64,000 nt of DNA, from positions 98,580,001 to 98,644,000 of the forward strand of contig JBNRSN020000020.1 in NCBI GenBank assembly GCA_051313645.2, in the 5' to 3' direction. The first letter of the stretch is position 1; every line of letters starts with the position of its first letter. The notes under the pieces are model-generated. The model searched no databases and had not been told where the DNA came from. It was given only the letters and a program-made list of their open reading frames with translations. Source of the DNA: Centroscyllium fabricii. Lineage: Eukaryota. Positions 38,960 to 50,784 of this stretch are shown in pieces. Made by a program: the position numbers and the translations under genes.

Positions 38960-39470
38960 GTATCACCTCCAGGCTCAATCTACCTGCTCAAATCGGCCGC
39001 CATCCGCAACGCCAGGAGGGAGCCCGGTAGGGCGGTAAGATGCGGGGCGCCGATCGGCCGTCGGAGGGGAGCTCGGAAGACTCGAGGAGATCCGGGATGG
39101 CGCCGGGCCGAGCGCTAGGCCCCAGGCCGGAGGAGCAGGAGGGTGCTGGGCTAGGCCCCAGGGACGCTGCTCCTGGAGTTCGGAGCCCCGTGGATTCGGG
39201 GAGCCGGCATGGCGTTAGGCCGAAATGAGTCAAGTCAAGAAAACAATGGAAGAAACAGCGGCAGAGCAAGTTAACGGAGCGGTAGAGGACAATTAACATC
39301 GAACTGAGAGGCCGGAGCAGGAACAGGACCCACGATGATGGCGCCGGAGAATGGCTGACGTCTTGCGTGCCGGGCAGCTTAATGTCCTTGTTGCGCGGTG
39401 CGTTCGGATCGCAGTAAGCATTTCACTGTCTAGATTGTATTTAGTACATGTGACAATAAACTTGAACTTG
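38960..39470 (+). mobile_element. GC-rich retroposon ending in a Rex1-like tail
   Basis: 3' part GCGCCGGAGAATGGCTGACG...GTGACAATAAACTTGAACTTG is shared with the insert at 18950-19092; 5' boundary uncertain. Confidence 0.62.
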
Positions 39471-39574
39471 GATATACTTTACCCACCACTAAGGATATTT
39501 ACTCAAAAACATTTGTCTGTGGTGAAATTTTCTCATCTCAAGAAGGCAGACCTACTTTGTCCCATTTTACTTAC

Positions 39575-39748
39575 CCTCCTTTCTTTTGGAATTCGGCCTT
39601 CTGCCTCTAGCTTGGCTCTTGCCTGTCTCCTTTTTAAGATCCGGTGATACTGTTTGGCGTTTACATATAACGGTTCTTCTTCCAGCAGCTCTGCACCTGG
39701 CAAGGGGATTCTCTGCATCGCTGGAACTGTGCTGGCCCCTGGCACCAT
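39575..39748 (-). CDS. NFYA: NF-YA exon 8 equivalent (subunit-association helix A1)
   Basis: atgcag|ATG...AGG|gtaagt; 174 nt encoding MVPGASTVPAMQRIPLPGAELLEEEPLYVNAKQYHRILKRRQARAKLEAEGRIPKERR. Confidence 0.98.
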
Positions 39749-40730
39749 CTGCATGGGTTGCCATAAAAAAGAGACAATGGAAAGATTGGTAAGAAGAAGG
39801 CAGCTTGCTCTCCTGTATAGATGATAATTTTGCAACATATATATCGTACTTCTTCCATGGTTTAGTAAGCTAGTGTATCCTAGGAGAACCAGGAAGCCTC
39901 AAACTTGCTGTTTATCACAGCTTAGGTGACACAAAGAAGAGATGTTCCTGTTAACCCTGCAAGGAATGCAGTACCATTTCCTCACCAAATTCAAAGCTAC
40001 GGCAAGCGGCTTTTTAGTAGAGCGTCATGGAATGGTAAAATGCAGATCTGTGCCAATGAGACAAAACCTCTACCCAGCTGTGCCACTGGGAAGACTCTCT
40101 GGCAATGGTTTGGTTCAATGGGATTATGAAATGTTAAATGAAAGGCACCCTGCATCACTATCACGCCTTAAATAGCTTGTTCAAGAGTGTGACTAGTAGT
40201 AGCTCGTGGACTGATTGTTCATCTTCATGGGTCGGGTCCAGGGATATTGGGTGGGGTTAGGAAATAAGGAACTTAATCACAAAAATGTTACAAGAGAAAT
40301 ATTCAGAGAAGACTACATTAATGATTATGTGGCTATATACATTTTTAACTCTACATTACTCATAATTAGAAAAAGAAATATGAGGAGTGGGTGGGCAGGT
40401 AACCCGCCTCAAAACCTGTGCTTATAACACACAATTGGTCTGCTTTACAGGAAAGCAGGAAAACCAGCACAGGGTAGCATGGCTGAGATGCCTCCTAAGG
40501 TATCACTTTGTCTTTGCTCAGTACACTCCCTAGTCAGGTTGACTAACAGCTGGACCAGAGCAGAGAACCACGGACAGGAACCTATGTCCTACCATATTAC
40601 AACATAGCACATCTTTATCACCACATGTAATTCTGACAGATGACCAATGATTCAAAATGCATTCGCCTCAAGGGTAGAATCCTCTTTTTGTTAACTTAAA
40701 CAGACCTGGTTATGATTTGAGTAATAAGTA

Positions 40731-41213
40731 CAGGTTGAGCACTGGTAATCCGTTACCCGGAAAGCCGGCAGCTTCAGTTTCACGGCATAAATTGCCCCGA
40801 CTGCCATACGCAAAATGGCCACCGCGATCGAGGCTTCGGCGAATGATCTGCGCATGCGCCGCTGGACGGCGAGCGCATGCGCAGATCATTCAAAATGGCC
40901 ACCGGACGAGCCGGGCCTTCTGTGGCGTCAGGGCGCGGCGGCTCGCGCCGCGTTTTGAATGTGCGAGTCCCGGGCGCCCGCCATGGCGAAGCACGCGGTT
41001 CCCCGGAGCAGCCTGCTGGTTGTCATCAGGAGGCACAAACCGCAGCTGAGACTCCGCAAGGACGTCCGGCAGCAATTTCCAATGTTGTGCGCATGCGCGT
41101 GGCCATTTTGAATGGTGCGCGTATGCGTACTGACCGACTTCATTCTGCCGGTTTTTTTACTTTCCCGGCACGGGCCTGGTGCCGCCCGTGCCGGATTAAC
41201 GGTGCTCAACCTG
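40731..41213. mobile_element. Tigger/pogo-like MITE carrying CENPW-like cargo
   Basis: TA|CAGGTTGAGCAC...GTGCTCAACCTG|TA; internal GCGCATGCGC and CAAAATGGCC repeats flank a foreign segment at ~40921-41086. Confidence 0.88.
40983..41066 (+). pseudogene. CENPW: Captured fragment of CENP-W-like exon 1 inside the MITE
   Basis: Kozak ccgccATGG; encodes MAKHAVPRSSLLVVIRRHKPQLRLRKDV, resembling vertebrate CENP-W N-termini as recalled (chicken VPRGTLRKIIKKHKPHLRL, human APRGFLKRVFKRKKPQLRL); ORF runs on into MITE sequence and stops at 41111. Confidence 0.72.
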
Positions 41214-41272
41214 TATTCTGTAAATGTTTAAAGCTGTGCTCTATTCACTATATTGCTCCAAACTAGACTTAC

Positions 41273-41439
41273 CATCACCATACCGCCTGCATTGACCATA
41301 CTTCCAGTGACTGGTAGTGTTACCGTTACAGTGCCCTGGCTGCTATTTGTGGTGCTTGTGCTGGCTCCTGTCTGGACAATTTGGGCCCCAGCAAGGCTGG
41401 CAGCTGGAATGGTGATCATGCCTGTAACAGGGACTGCAA
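41273..41439 (-). CDS. NFYA: NF-YA exon 7 equivalent (alternative acceptor 18 nt inside, exon start 41421)
   Basis: ctaaag|TT GCA...ATG|gtaagt; 167 nt encoding VAVPVTGMITIPAASLAGAQIVQTGASTSTTNSSQGTVTVTLPVTGSMVNAGGMVM. Confidence 0.95.
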
Positions 41440-43083
41440 CTTTAGCACATAACACAAAGAGGAGAAAGACAAGACAAAACAAAAAGAGAAGCAAAAAGAG
41501 GGCAGAGTAAAATCAGAGGAGAGGATCGAGAGAGAGAGGACAGAGGGAAAAGGAAAAATGAAAGGAACAAGATTAATCCCTTCACTTTTTAAGAAAACGA
41601 TACACATCATCTTTCAAACCTTGCATAGTAGTCATACAAGTTTAAAGTAAACAACTAAAGTAAGCTTGCTCAAAAAAATGCAAATTAAACTTTTTTTTTT
41701 ACAAAATTGATCTAAAAGTAATGCAATGCACAGATCATTGCAAATTAAAACGGTTCAGATTTTCAAATATTTAGCCAATATGCTTTAGCCCTGTTGTGAA
41801 CAGTGTACTACCTCAGAGCCTGGGTTCCAAGGTTCCATGTCTGTTTTGTGCTGGTGCAGAGTTTGGAGACATCGGTGGCATAGTGCGAGTTTGGCACGCT
41901 TTTGGGGTTAATTTTATGGTGACACATGCAGTGAGCTCCCAACCTCAGTCGTGCTACGGGATGGAGGCACTGAACTGAAACTAGATGCTTTCCCAGAGAA
42001 AGTATAAGAGAATACAAATTGGAAGGTATGTTAGCTTAGGCTCTCCATTTGCCTCAAAACGGTATAGCAGAAACCTGTGAATAGGTTGCTTGCCTTACTC
42101 ACTGAAGAACAGTGCCACCGTATGACCCAAAAAGGGCTGGGAGAAAGGGCCAGAAAATGAGATAGATTTTTGTTGAAATTTAAAGCAAGGTAAAATAAAC
42201 ACATTATATTTTATCTCTGGAGTTTACTAAGTGAAAATTAATAGCCCCATTTGTTATGGAGTGATTTTTGCTTTCAAATCTAAATGTTTATATGCAAATA
42301 TATATTAGAAAATGAGTACTGACTTGCTCCAGGAGGCTTGATTCATGACTGTATTAGCTCAGCACAGTAGCTCTTATTCAGACACATTTAGCTATTGCCA
42401 AAAATGGCATCTCTGAATAATGCATGTAACTTTCATTTAAATATTCTGCAGTAAATGTCAATGCTTACCACTTCATCATTTGCTTAAACTTTTAAAATTT
42501 CAATTTAAATGTTGAAACTTCTCCAAATGAGAATTAGAGGAACAGCAAAATGCTGTGGCTCCCAGTAGTTAACACCGGACAAGTTCCTTGCACCTTGTAG
42601 TGCTGGCTGTAAATGCGGTAGCATGTTCCAAAAAGGCTGCAGCCACAAGGCTGTGTTTCTCTCCCCCACCTCTCACTTTCTATCTTCATTTATTTTTCTC
42701 ACCAGCTGCATTACTCTGCTGCCAGCTGCCCAGAGCTGTGCCACAGCATGGGGCGGTGTGTCCTTCAATTCTCCTCCCCCCCCACAATGTAGGGAAATGC
42801 CCAGTCTTGACTCAACATTTCACACTGGCAGTACCGTGGAGATCTTGGATTGTGCCGCCCACAGCTATAAAGGTGGCCTTATTATTTTGACAAATGTTTT
42901 GAATAAGTGAATTAGAAACACACAATACTAGTAGACTTTGCTAGGTGTTAATAACAAGATGCCCTCATGCGAACAAATACAGGCTCATTAGTGCACTCAT
43001 TGATGCAAAAATAATGGAGCAGATTTGCTTGTTCCTGTGCCTGGAGCTATTGGATTGTCTGGGCACAGTGAATATAAGAATAT

Positions 43084-43725
43084 GGGGGGATGGGGGATTT
43101 TTGCAAAGGTGTAGAAAGCTGGCGGGTTTTGGGCGTGTCAGTATTCTGACACAAATGTTTGAGGGCCTGGGAATCCCACGCAATTTTGGCTTAATTGGCC
43201 AATTAATTGCCTGCGTGTGGGAAGCCCCTGCCAATACACAATTTCCAGTCGGAAAGCAGCGGCCTGCAGATGACAGCCGGAGGTTTGATTGGCAGTTCTA
43301 GGAACTGTGTGTTGTCAGTTTCTCTGGAAACAGTCCATTGTGACATCACAATGGAGTGCAACCAATCTCAAAGCCCAAGTGGGTTGAGTCACAGGTCTAA
43401 GGACACGCTGCAAAGCTTTCACAGTGAGGGGCCGTCTCTCTATGAAGCAGTGCAGCATCTGTCAAGGTAAGTCTTTTCAGTGTTTTCTCCACAGCTGGTC
43501 TTCACCCAAGGGAGTCACTTACACCTCCAGGGTGTTGAAAGCCTGGAAGGCATTCTGCTGTAGGTCCTTCAATACCTTGAAGGTGAAAGTGACCAAGCCG
43601 ACTGAGAGCCCGCTAGCTTTCACCGGCAGGGTTTCAGGATGGCGGGGAATGGGTGGGAAGGGCTTAAAAATCGTGAGGGGCCCTTAAAATGGGATTACCC
43701 ATGTCAATTAAGGGCCCCTAATTAC
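43084..43725 (+). mobile_element. Older, truncated copy of the poly-G-ended Harbinger-like MITE
   Basis: Diverged core CATTGTGACATCACAAT and the GGGCCCTTAA dyad. Confidence 0.62.
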
Positions 43726-44516
43726 CTCAACGATCAATTCCAAAAATGGACTTACTATAAGTGTCTGTAATTGTTTTGCTCAATGTGCAATTTTATACAT
43801 TTATTGTTGCTTTACTTCTTGCTCTTAACAGCTTACCTCAGTAAATTCTTGTTACTTTTGAAGGTGCTCCTTGAAAGAGCAGGGAAGTATCAAATTTGAA
43901 CCTTTTTATCCTTCATATCTTTTAATTTTATCACCCCTTTTCAAATAAATCCTTTATCCAGAACTATATTACCAGCTGTTGATGCCTTTCTTGAATAGAC
44001 AGTCAAAGTCTGTTTTAATTTTTTTTTTAAATCTACTCCTTCTGTTTTGTTTTGTAATATTTTACCATTATTATGGTCACCAAATAATTCTCACCATCAG
44101 CAAAGAAAACATTAAATCTCAAGCCACGATCCCATCCATACCCTGCTCTCGGTTCAGTTTTGGACTTGGGAAAAGTGGCAACCCTACCTATCTAAAGGTT
44201 GACACTGGTATGCATTTTGCACATATATCGTGGTGTGCTCCACTGGATAGCAGACAAGTGAACACCAATTCATCCATTAGCATCATGGCTTCTCTGTGTA
44301 CTGGGCATACAATGTATTCAGTTTTCAAAGCACGTACCGAGCAAAGGACACATGGGGCAAGCATGCACGAGCAAAATCAGCTTTTAGCCAGTATGTGGTG
44401 CAAGTGCATAATTATTGATGCTCACCCTTTCAGAAGGGATGAGAAAAGGGAAAATTTACATTACCAACTCATAACATGTTTATAGGAGAAAACAAAATGC
44501 TCATCGTTCAATAATG

Positions 44517-44905
44517 TACGGTGGCATAGTGGTTAGCACTGTTGCCTTACAGCACTAGAGACCCGGGTTCAAATCCAGCCTCGGGGACTATCTGTGTGGA
44601 GTTTGCACATTCTCCCCGTGTCTGCGTGGGTTTCCTCCGGGTGCTCCGGTTTCCTCCCACAGACCAAAGATGTGCGGGTTAGGTTGATTGGCCAGGATAA
44701 ATTGACCCTTAGTGGTAGGGGGATTGAATATGTGGGGTTACGGGGATAGGGTGGGATATGTGTCGGTGCAGGCTCGAGAGGGATATGGGGAGAGGGCAGG
44801 GACAGGGTGCTGGGTTTGGATGATCAGCCATGATCTCATTGAATGGCGGAGCAGGCTCGAGGGGCCCAATGGCCTACTCCTGCTTCTATCTTCTATGTTT
44901 CTATG
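44517..44905 (+). mobile_element. HE1-type V-SINE
   Basis: Near-identical to 58872-59256; partial copies at 45847-46086, 59663-59910 and 12750-12910. Confidence 0.9.
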
Positions 44906-45068
44906 AACAGTTTTTCAAAGAAATGCGGCCCAGTGACCCACCAGAAATTCTGTAGTGACAAGTCGGAAAGCGGTGAGGGAGGGAAGATCAGCTGGTTAAG
45001 GCACTGCTGTTTGCTCTTAGCATTCCAACCACCATCAAAAAATGAATTCCAACAAACTTGCTGGTTAC

Positions 45069-45171
45069 CTTGCTGGAGTATGGTGCCGTCTGCATTCACC
45101 GGCTGGTACACAATTGTCTGCCCCTCTGCAGTCTGTGCCACCTGCTGTCCTTGCACTATTTGCTGTTGACC
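45069..45171 (-). CDS. NFYA: NF-YA exon 6 equivalent
   Basis: ctag|GGT...CAA G|gtaacc; 103 nt encoding GQQQIVQGQQVAQTAEGQTIVYQPVNADGTILQQ. Confidence 0.95.
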
Positions 45172-46502
45172 CTAGTCAGTTATGAAAACAATTCAATTTT
45201 TTTTGTTGCCATTGTTCGGAGTGGAACACAGTTAGACATTTGTACATTGCTGGTAGTGTACAGAAAACACGGTTTAGTATATACAATAGAGCCATACACA
45301 AAGCATTGTAGACAGCCCAGAGGATCTATTCTAGTGAGCGGTTTTGATTTTCAGTTGTACTTTTGTAGATGCCTGGTTTAGTGATGTTGATGACTGTTGG
45401 TTCTTTTTACAGGTAGGTTGGATATATGGGAGATGTCACTGTGCTGGGCAGCCACTGGCAGGTCAAAGCTGTTCACAGAATTTCTTCTGGCTCAGCCTCA
45501 ATGAGGGCATTAGGTAAATATTCACATCTATAACCCAACATATTCTTTTTCAGCTCTTCTCTGGCTTTGCATCCATTCGCCATGAAGAATTCCTCCCTCT
45601 GACCACAAGAGGTTCTAATACGCTCTTCTGCAGGACTGCTGGGAATGACTAGTAGTATCATTCAACATCAAGAGTCGTTGGGTGTCGTATTTCAGCTGAG
45701 GAATTCATCCATCTTGACTGCAAGCTGATGACACTCATTCATCTGAGCCAAATGGATTGGGGCAGCAGTTTTTAGACTTGGATAAGCAACTTCTAGTGGG
45801 ACAGTAACCCTTCTCCTATCTGCACGAGTTAAAAAACAAGCTTGAAAAGATGTGCGGGTTAGATTGACTGGCCAGGAAAAATTGACCCTTAGTGTTAGGG
45901 GGATTGAATGTGTGGGGTTACGGGGATAGGGTGGGATGTGTGTCGGTGCAGGCTCGATAGGGATCGCGGGATATGGGGACAAGGCAGGGATGGGGTGCTG
46001 GGTTTGGATGATCAGCCATGATCTCATTGAATGGCGGAGCAGGCTCGAAGGGCCGAATGGCCTACTCCTGCTCCTAGTTTCTATGTAACATTTTGATGCT
46101 TAAAAAATGCATCAAGGATTGACTGAGCTTCATCATTAATGGGACCACGTTAATTTTTGGCGTTTCAAACCTTAACTAGTTGAACAAGGGGCCTTTGGAG
46201 CCAGTTTCAAAAGTTACTTATATTATGAAATGTCTCAGAAACAGCCCAAAATGTTTCAGATACAAATTGAAACGCAATGACTATTTTATGCAGACAAATG
46301 TGGCAGCCATTTTGTGCATGCCAAGGTCTTAGGAACAACAGTGAGATGAATGACATTATTAGTGGTATTGGTCGAGGAAGGAATGTTGGCCCTAACACCA
46401 GGAAAACCCCCTGCTCTTCTTCAAGTCGTATCATGGGATTTTTAATGTCCAACTGAACAGTAGAGGGGACTTCTTCAAAACTGCACTAAGTGTCAGCCTA
46501 TA

Positions 46503-47082
46503 CAGGTCCGACACCGTTAATCCAGCACGGTCAGGACCAGGCCGGTGCCGCACTAATGAAAAATCCGAACGACTGAAGTTTCGGTGAGCGCATGTGCAGA
46601 CCATTCAAAATGGCCACCGCGCGTGCATGCGCAGACCATTTAAAATGGCCGCAGCGCATGCGCAGCCATTCAAACTGGCCGCTGTGGAAGTAGTTTCATG
46701 GCGCTGTGGGAGCCCAATTTAGATATGTTAATAAGTATTCCACCGCTCCACAATGGGACACTTGGGCACCCCGATATCCGCCGCCCTTTACGCGCATGGC
46801 GTTGGGTTTGGGTTGCATTCCCTGCGTTACACTTTTTAACCCTCGCCTGTTCGTCACGGGGGAGGGGTTAATATCGAGGCCGTTAACTGATTCTCTTTCC
46901 GCAGCTGCTGCCTGACCATTCAAAATGGCCGCCGCGCATGCGCAGACCATTCAAAATGGCCGCAGCGCGCGCACAGCCATTCAAAACGGCCGCTGCGCAT
47001 GCGCAGACCAGCCAGACGTATTCGTGCCAAGACCACTGAAGTTCCCGGATTAACGGTTTCCGTATTAACAGTGTCGGACCTG
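46503..47082. mobile_element. Tigger/pogo-like MITE with tandem NRF1/YY1 units and CpG-rich cargo (~46684-46910)
   Basis: TA|CAGGTCCGACAC...GTGTCGGACCTG|TA. Confidence 0.85.
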
Positions 47083-47950
47083 TATTATGTGTCCAAGTCC
47101 GAGAGTAGGGCCTGAACCCATAAACTGAGTCAGAGGTGAGAGTGATACCAATTGAGTCAAGCATCCTTAAGTCACTTTTTTAAACAGTAAATTATATATA
47201 AGGATAAAGTTCAAAAACAAATTAAAATAGAAACCAATGAGAGACAACATATAAAATACAAAAGACTGGGTGAGCAGAAGTGGTTTCATTGTTTATCTTT
47301 GTCATATAGGGTTAACATTCACGAGATTTAAGTAGCTTTAATATTGCAATACTGAAGTACGTTTCAGCATTAGAGATGCATGCTGAAAACTCGCTATTGC
47401 TAACATGATTGTCAAAGCATAATGGATGCTCTGTTAGTATAGTCAAGATGATTGATTTCAACAAGTACCAGCAATGATTTTAGATTAGACAAAAATCTGT
47501 ATGATTCATTAGTATATGGAAATATTGCAACACAATATAGATCCAGAATTTGCATTGGTATTTCTAGATGTAATGTGAAAGAGAAAGCAAAAATGGAAAG
47601 GCAAGTTGCCAATGTCCACTCTCACATACCCCTCAAATCAGTTGGAGTGGTACTGACAGAGGCTCGCCTTCTGTCTTAGTAGGAATTATGCTTTTGATGA
47701 GGTATAGGGAATTATATGGAAAGTAATAAGATATTGCAAAAAAAATTACTTCTAGGGTGACCACTCACCTGGTTTCATCCACAGCTCAGTTGGTAGCACC
47801 CTCGCCTGGGAGTTAGAAGGTTGTGGGTTCAAGTCCCACTCCAGAGACTTGAGCACAAAATCTAGCCTGACACCGAATACTGAGGGAGTGCTGCACGGTC
47901 AGGTGCGACATTAAACTGAGGCCCTGCATCTGCTTTCAGGTGGACATAAA

Positions 47951-48673
47951 GGGGGGGGGGGATTTTGCTGGAAGTGCGGGAACCTGGCGGGGATTGGTCG
48001 GGGTGGGTTCCAGTCCCGCCTGGCCAAAGACCTGGGAACCCCACACAATTTCCATTGAATTGAGTTATTAAATCCCCGTCTGCGGCAGCCGGTGGTAGTT
48101 GACTCAATCGAGTCGGGGCTGCAGCGGGGATCGAGCAGTTTGATTGACAGTTCCCATGGAAACACTCCACTGTGACATCACAGTTGAGTGGAACCAATGG
48201 GAAAGGTCAAGTGCTGGTGACTGACAGGTGGGCGGGCGGGCTCCGAATCGATGACAACTCGGCACCGGCTGTGAGGAAATGTGCAAAGCTGAGATTTCTG
48301 TTTTTGCCCACAGCTGGTGCACCCACCACGGAGTGACTTACTCCTCTAAGGTGCTGGAGGCATGCCAAGCATTTTGCAGCATGTCCTTCACGACCTTGAA
48401 GGAGAAAATAATGACCAGCGCTGTGCTCCCGCTGGGTTTCAGCCAGCGGGGTTTAGGGTGGGAAACAGCTGAAAATTGCTAAGGGCCCTTAAAATGGCAT
48501 TACAGATGCCAATTAAGGGCCCTTAAGGACCTTAACAATCATCCCCGCCGGCGGGAAAGATTCGGGGCGAGGAAAGTGACCGTCCGAAAATGCAAAACCA
48601 GCGGGGTTCCGGAGAGCTGGGGCAGGACCCAAAAATGTCCTATTTTCACCTCCCAGCCGCCCAAAATCCCCCC
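47951..48673 (+). mobile_element. Poly-G-ended Harbinger-like MITE inserted in a DeuSINE
   Basis: GGGGGGATTTTG...CAAAATCCCCCC termini with 3-bp TSD AAA; removing it restores the SINE sequence CATAAAAGATCCC. Confidence 0.82.
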
Positions 48674-48869
48674 AAAAGATCCCATGGCACTATTTCAAAG
48701 AAGAGCCGGGGAACTCTCCCTGGTCCTGGTATCCTGGTCAGTATTTATCCCTCAACCAGCATCACTAAATCAGATTATCAGGTCATTATCCTTGCATGTT
48801 TGCGCAAAATTGGCCGCCACAGTTCCTGCATTACAACAGTGACCACACTTCAAAAATGACTTCATTAGC

Positions 48870-49380
48870 AACGGCCAGAGGAGATTCACCAGGCTGATAC
48901 CTGGGATGGCAGGATTGACATATGAGGAGAGACTGGGTAGACTGGGTTTGTACTCTCTGGAGTTTAGAAGATTGAGAGGGGATCTCATCGAAACGTATAA
49001 AATTCTAACTGGTCTGGACAAACTTGATGCAGGAAGAATGTTCCCGATGGTCGGAGAGTCCAGAACCAGGGGTCATAGTCTAAGGATAAGGGGTAACTCA
49101 TTTAGGACAGAGATGAGGAGGAATTTCTTCACCCAGAGAGTGGTGAACCTGTGGAATTCTCTACCACAGAGGGCGGTGGAAGCTAGTTCATTGAATATAT
49201 TCAAGAAGGAGCTGGATGTATTTCTTAAGGCTAGAGGGATCAAGGGATATGGGGAGAAGGCAGGGACAGGGTACTGGGTTTGGATGATCAGCCATGATCT
49301 CATTGAATGGCGGAGCAGGCTCGAGGGGCCGAATGGCCTTCTCCTGCTCCTATCTTCTATGTCTTTTTCTATGTTTCTAT
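48870..49380 (+). mobile_element. CR1/HER1 LINE 3' fragment
   Basis: ORF 48906-49382 encodes the CR1 ORF2 C-terminus; (TTTCTATG)n tail. Confidence 0.92.
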
Positions 49381-49880
49381 GAGTTTGTGAAAGTCCACTG
49401 GATAGTCAACTTTATTGACTGATGCAATTTTTGAAAAGGCATGCATGAGCAGACCAATTTTACAAATGTACACAGCCCTTAAAAATATTACCTCTGCTGG
49501 GTCCTGGACTGGGCAAAAGTTGGCGGTCCTATGCCCGTTTACAGATCAAACACAAGACAGCTTGGAACGGAAAAGGTACTTTGATCCATCAAACCTATTC
49601 CTGCCACAGCTCATGCATGACTACGTCAATCATGGGCTGTCCTTCCTCCTCCACCCACTCCCCCCACCCGATAGCATCAGATGCACGGTGTTGATTGTCC
49701 CGTTAGTGTTCATGGAATCATACAGCACAGAAGGCGGCCATTCGGCTCATCATGCCTGTGCTGGCCCTCTGAAAGAGCGATCCAATTAGTCTCACTCCCC
49801 CGCTCTTTCTTCACCGCCCTGAAAATATTTCCTTTTTAAGGATATTTCTAATTCCCTTTTGAAGTGTTGAGGTGACTTAC

Positions 49881-50012
49881 CTGTGTTTGTCCTGCTGTCA
49901 CAGCTGCCTGAGGCTGTTGAATAATAATTTGTTGTGCCTGACCTTGTTGGTTCTGGACCTGAACAGTCTGCCCACTTTGGAGCTGCAGCTGACTTGGTTG
50001 AACCAGCTGAAT
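49881..50012 (-). CDS. NFYA: NF-YA exon 5 equivalent
   Basis: cttttcag|ATT...CAG|gtaagt; 132 nt encoding IQLVQPSQLQLQSGQTVQVQNQQGQAQQIIIQQPQAAVTAGQTQ. Confidence 0.96.
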
Positions 50013-50784
50013 CTGAAAAGAATGGAAACAGTCCATACTTGTAACGGCAGATTATGTGAAGATGCAGCAGATTCCTTGTGGGTTAGAGCATGCTTACAAG
50101 TCCTGAAAAGTACTCAAGTTTAGCAAATGATATCAATGATTCTATTATAAATAGGAAGCTACAGGGTACACCCATCATGGATCTATTATGAACAGAATCC
50201 GCTACCGTGCTACTTTTGTTTGAAGTGGCTACCGTTTTAACAGCATAAAAATATAATGAAACAAGAAAAGATAATTCCAGCTGTCAGGCAGATCACTGCT
50301 GCAGCTGCCTTTGTTCAGCCTTATTCGCCGATTCCCTTTACCTCAAAGCCGCAAACCATCCATCAACACGCTGTTCCAAATGTTTCTCAATATACAGCAG
50401 AGGCACTCAAAGTTATGCTTACATTTTGAAGACCCTAAAAACAGGTTACATTGTTAACAGAACAATTTAACTAGCCAACAGCACATTAGATCAGCACACT
50501 TAGCGATATGCTTCGTCCAATTCTGCCGGTTACACCCCCAGCGCTCTCTCCTTCTTTAAGACGCTCCTTAAAGCCCAGCTCTTTGACCAAACTTTAGGTC
50601 ACCTGCCCTAGTATCTCCTTATGTGGTTCGGCGACAAATTCTGTTTAATAACACTCGTGTGAAGCACCTTGGTACGTTTAAGGCACTATATAAATGCAAG
50701 TTGTTGTTAACAAGGATACACACAATTATGAATTTATGGAATATCCAAGTTATTAAGCAAGGAAACCCCATAAACTCAAATACA

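Noticed and set aside
46600-47010. Repeated ~30-nt units with an intervening unique segment, superficially CRISPR-like
   Set aside because: Eukaryotic intron, no regular spacers and no cas genes; the units are internal MITE repeats
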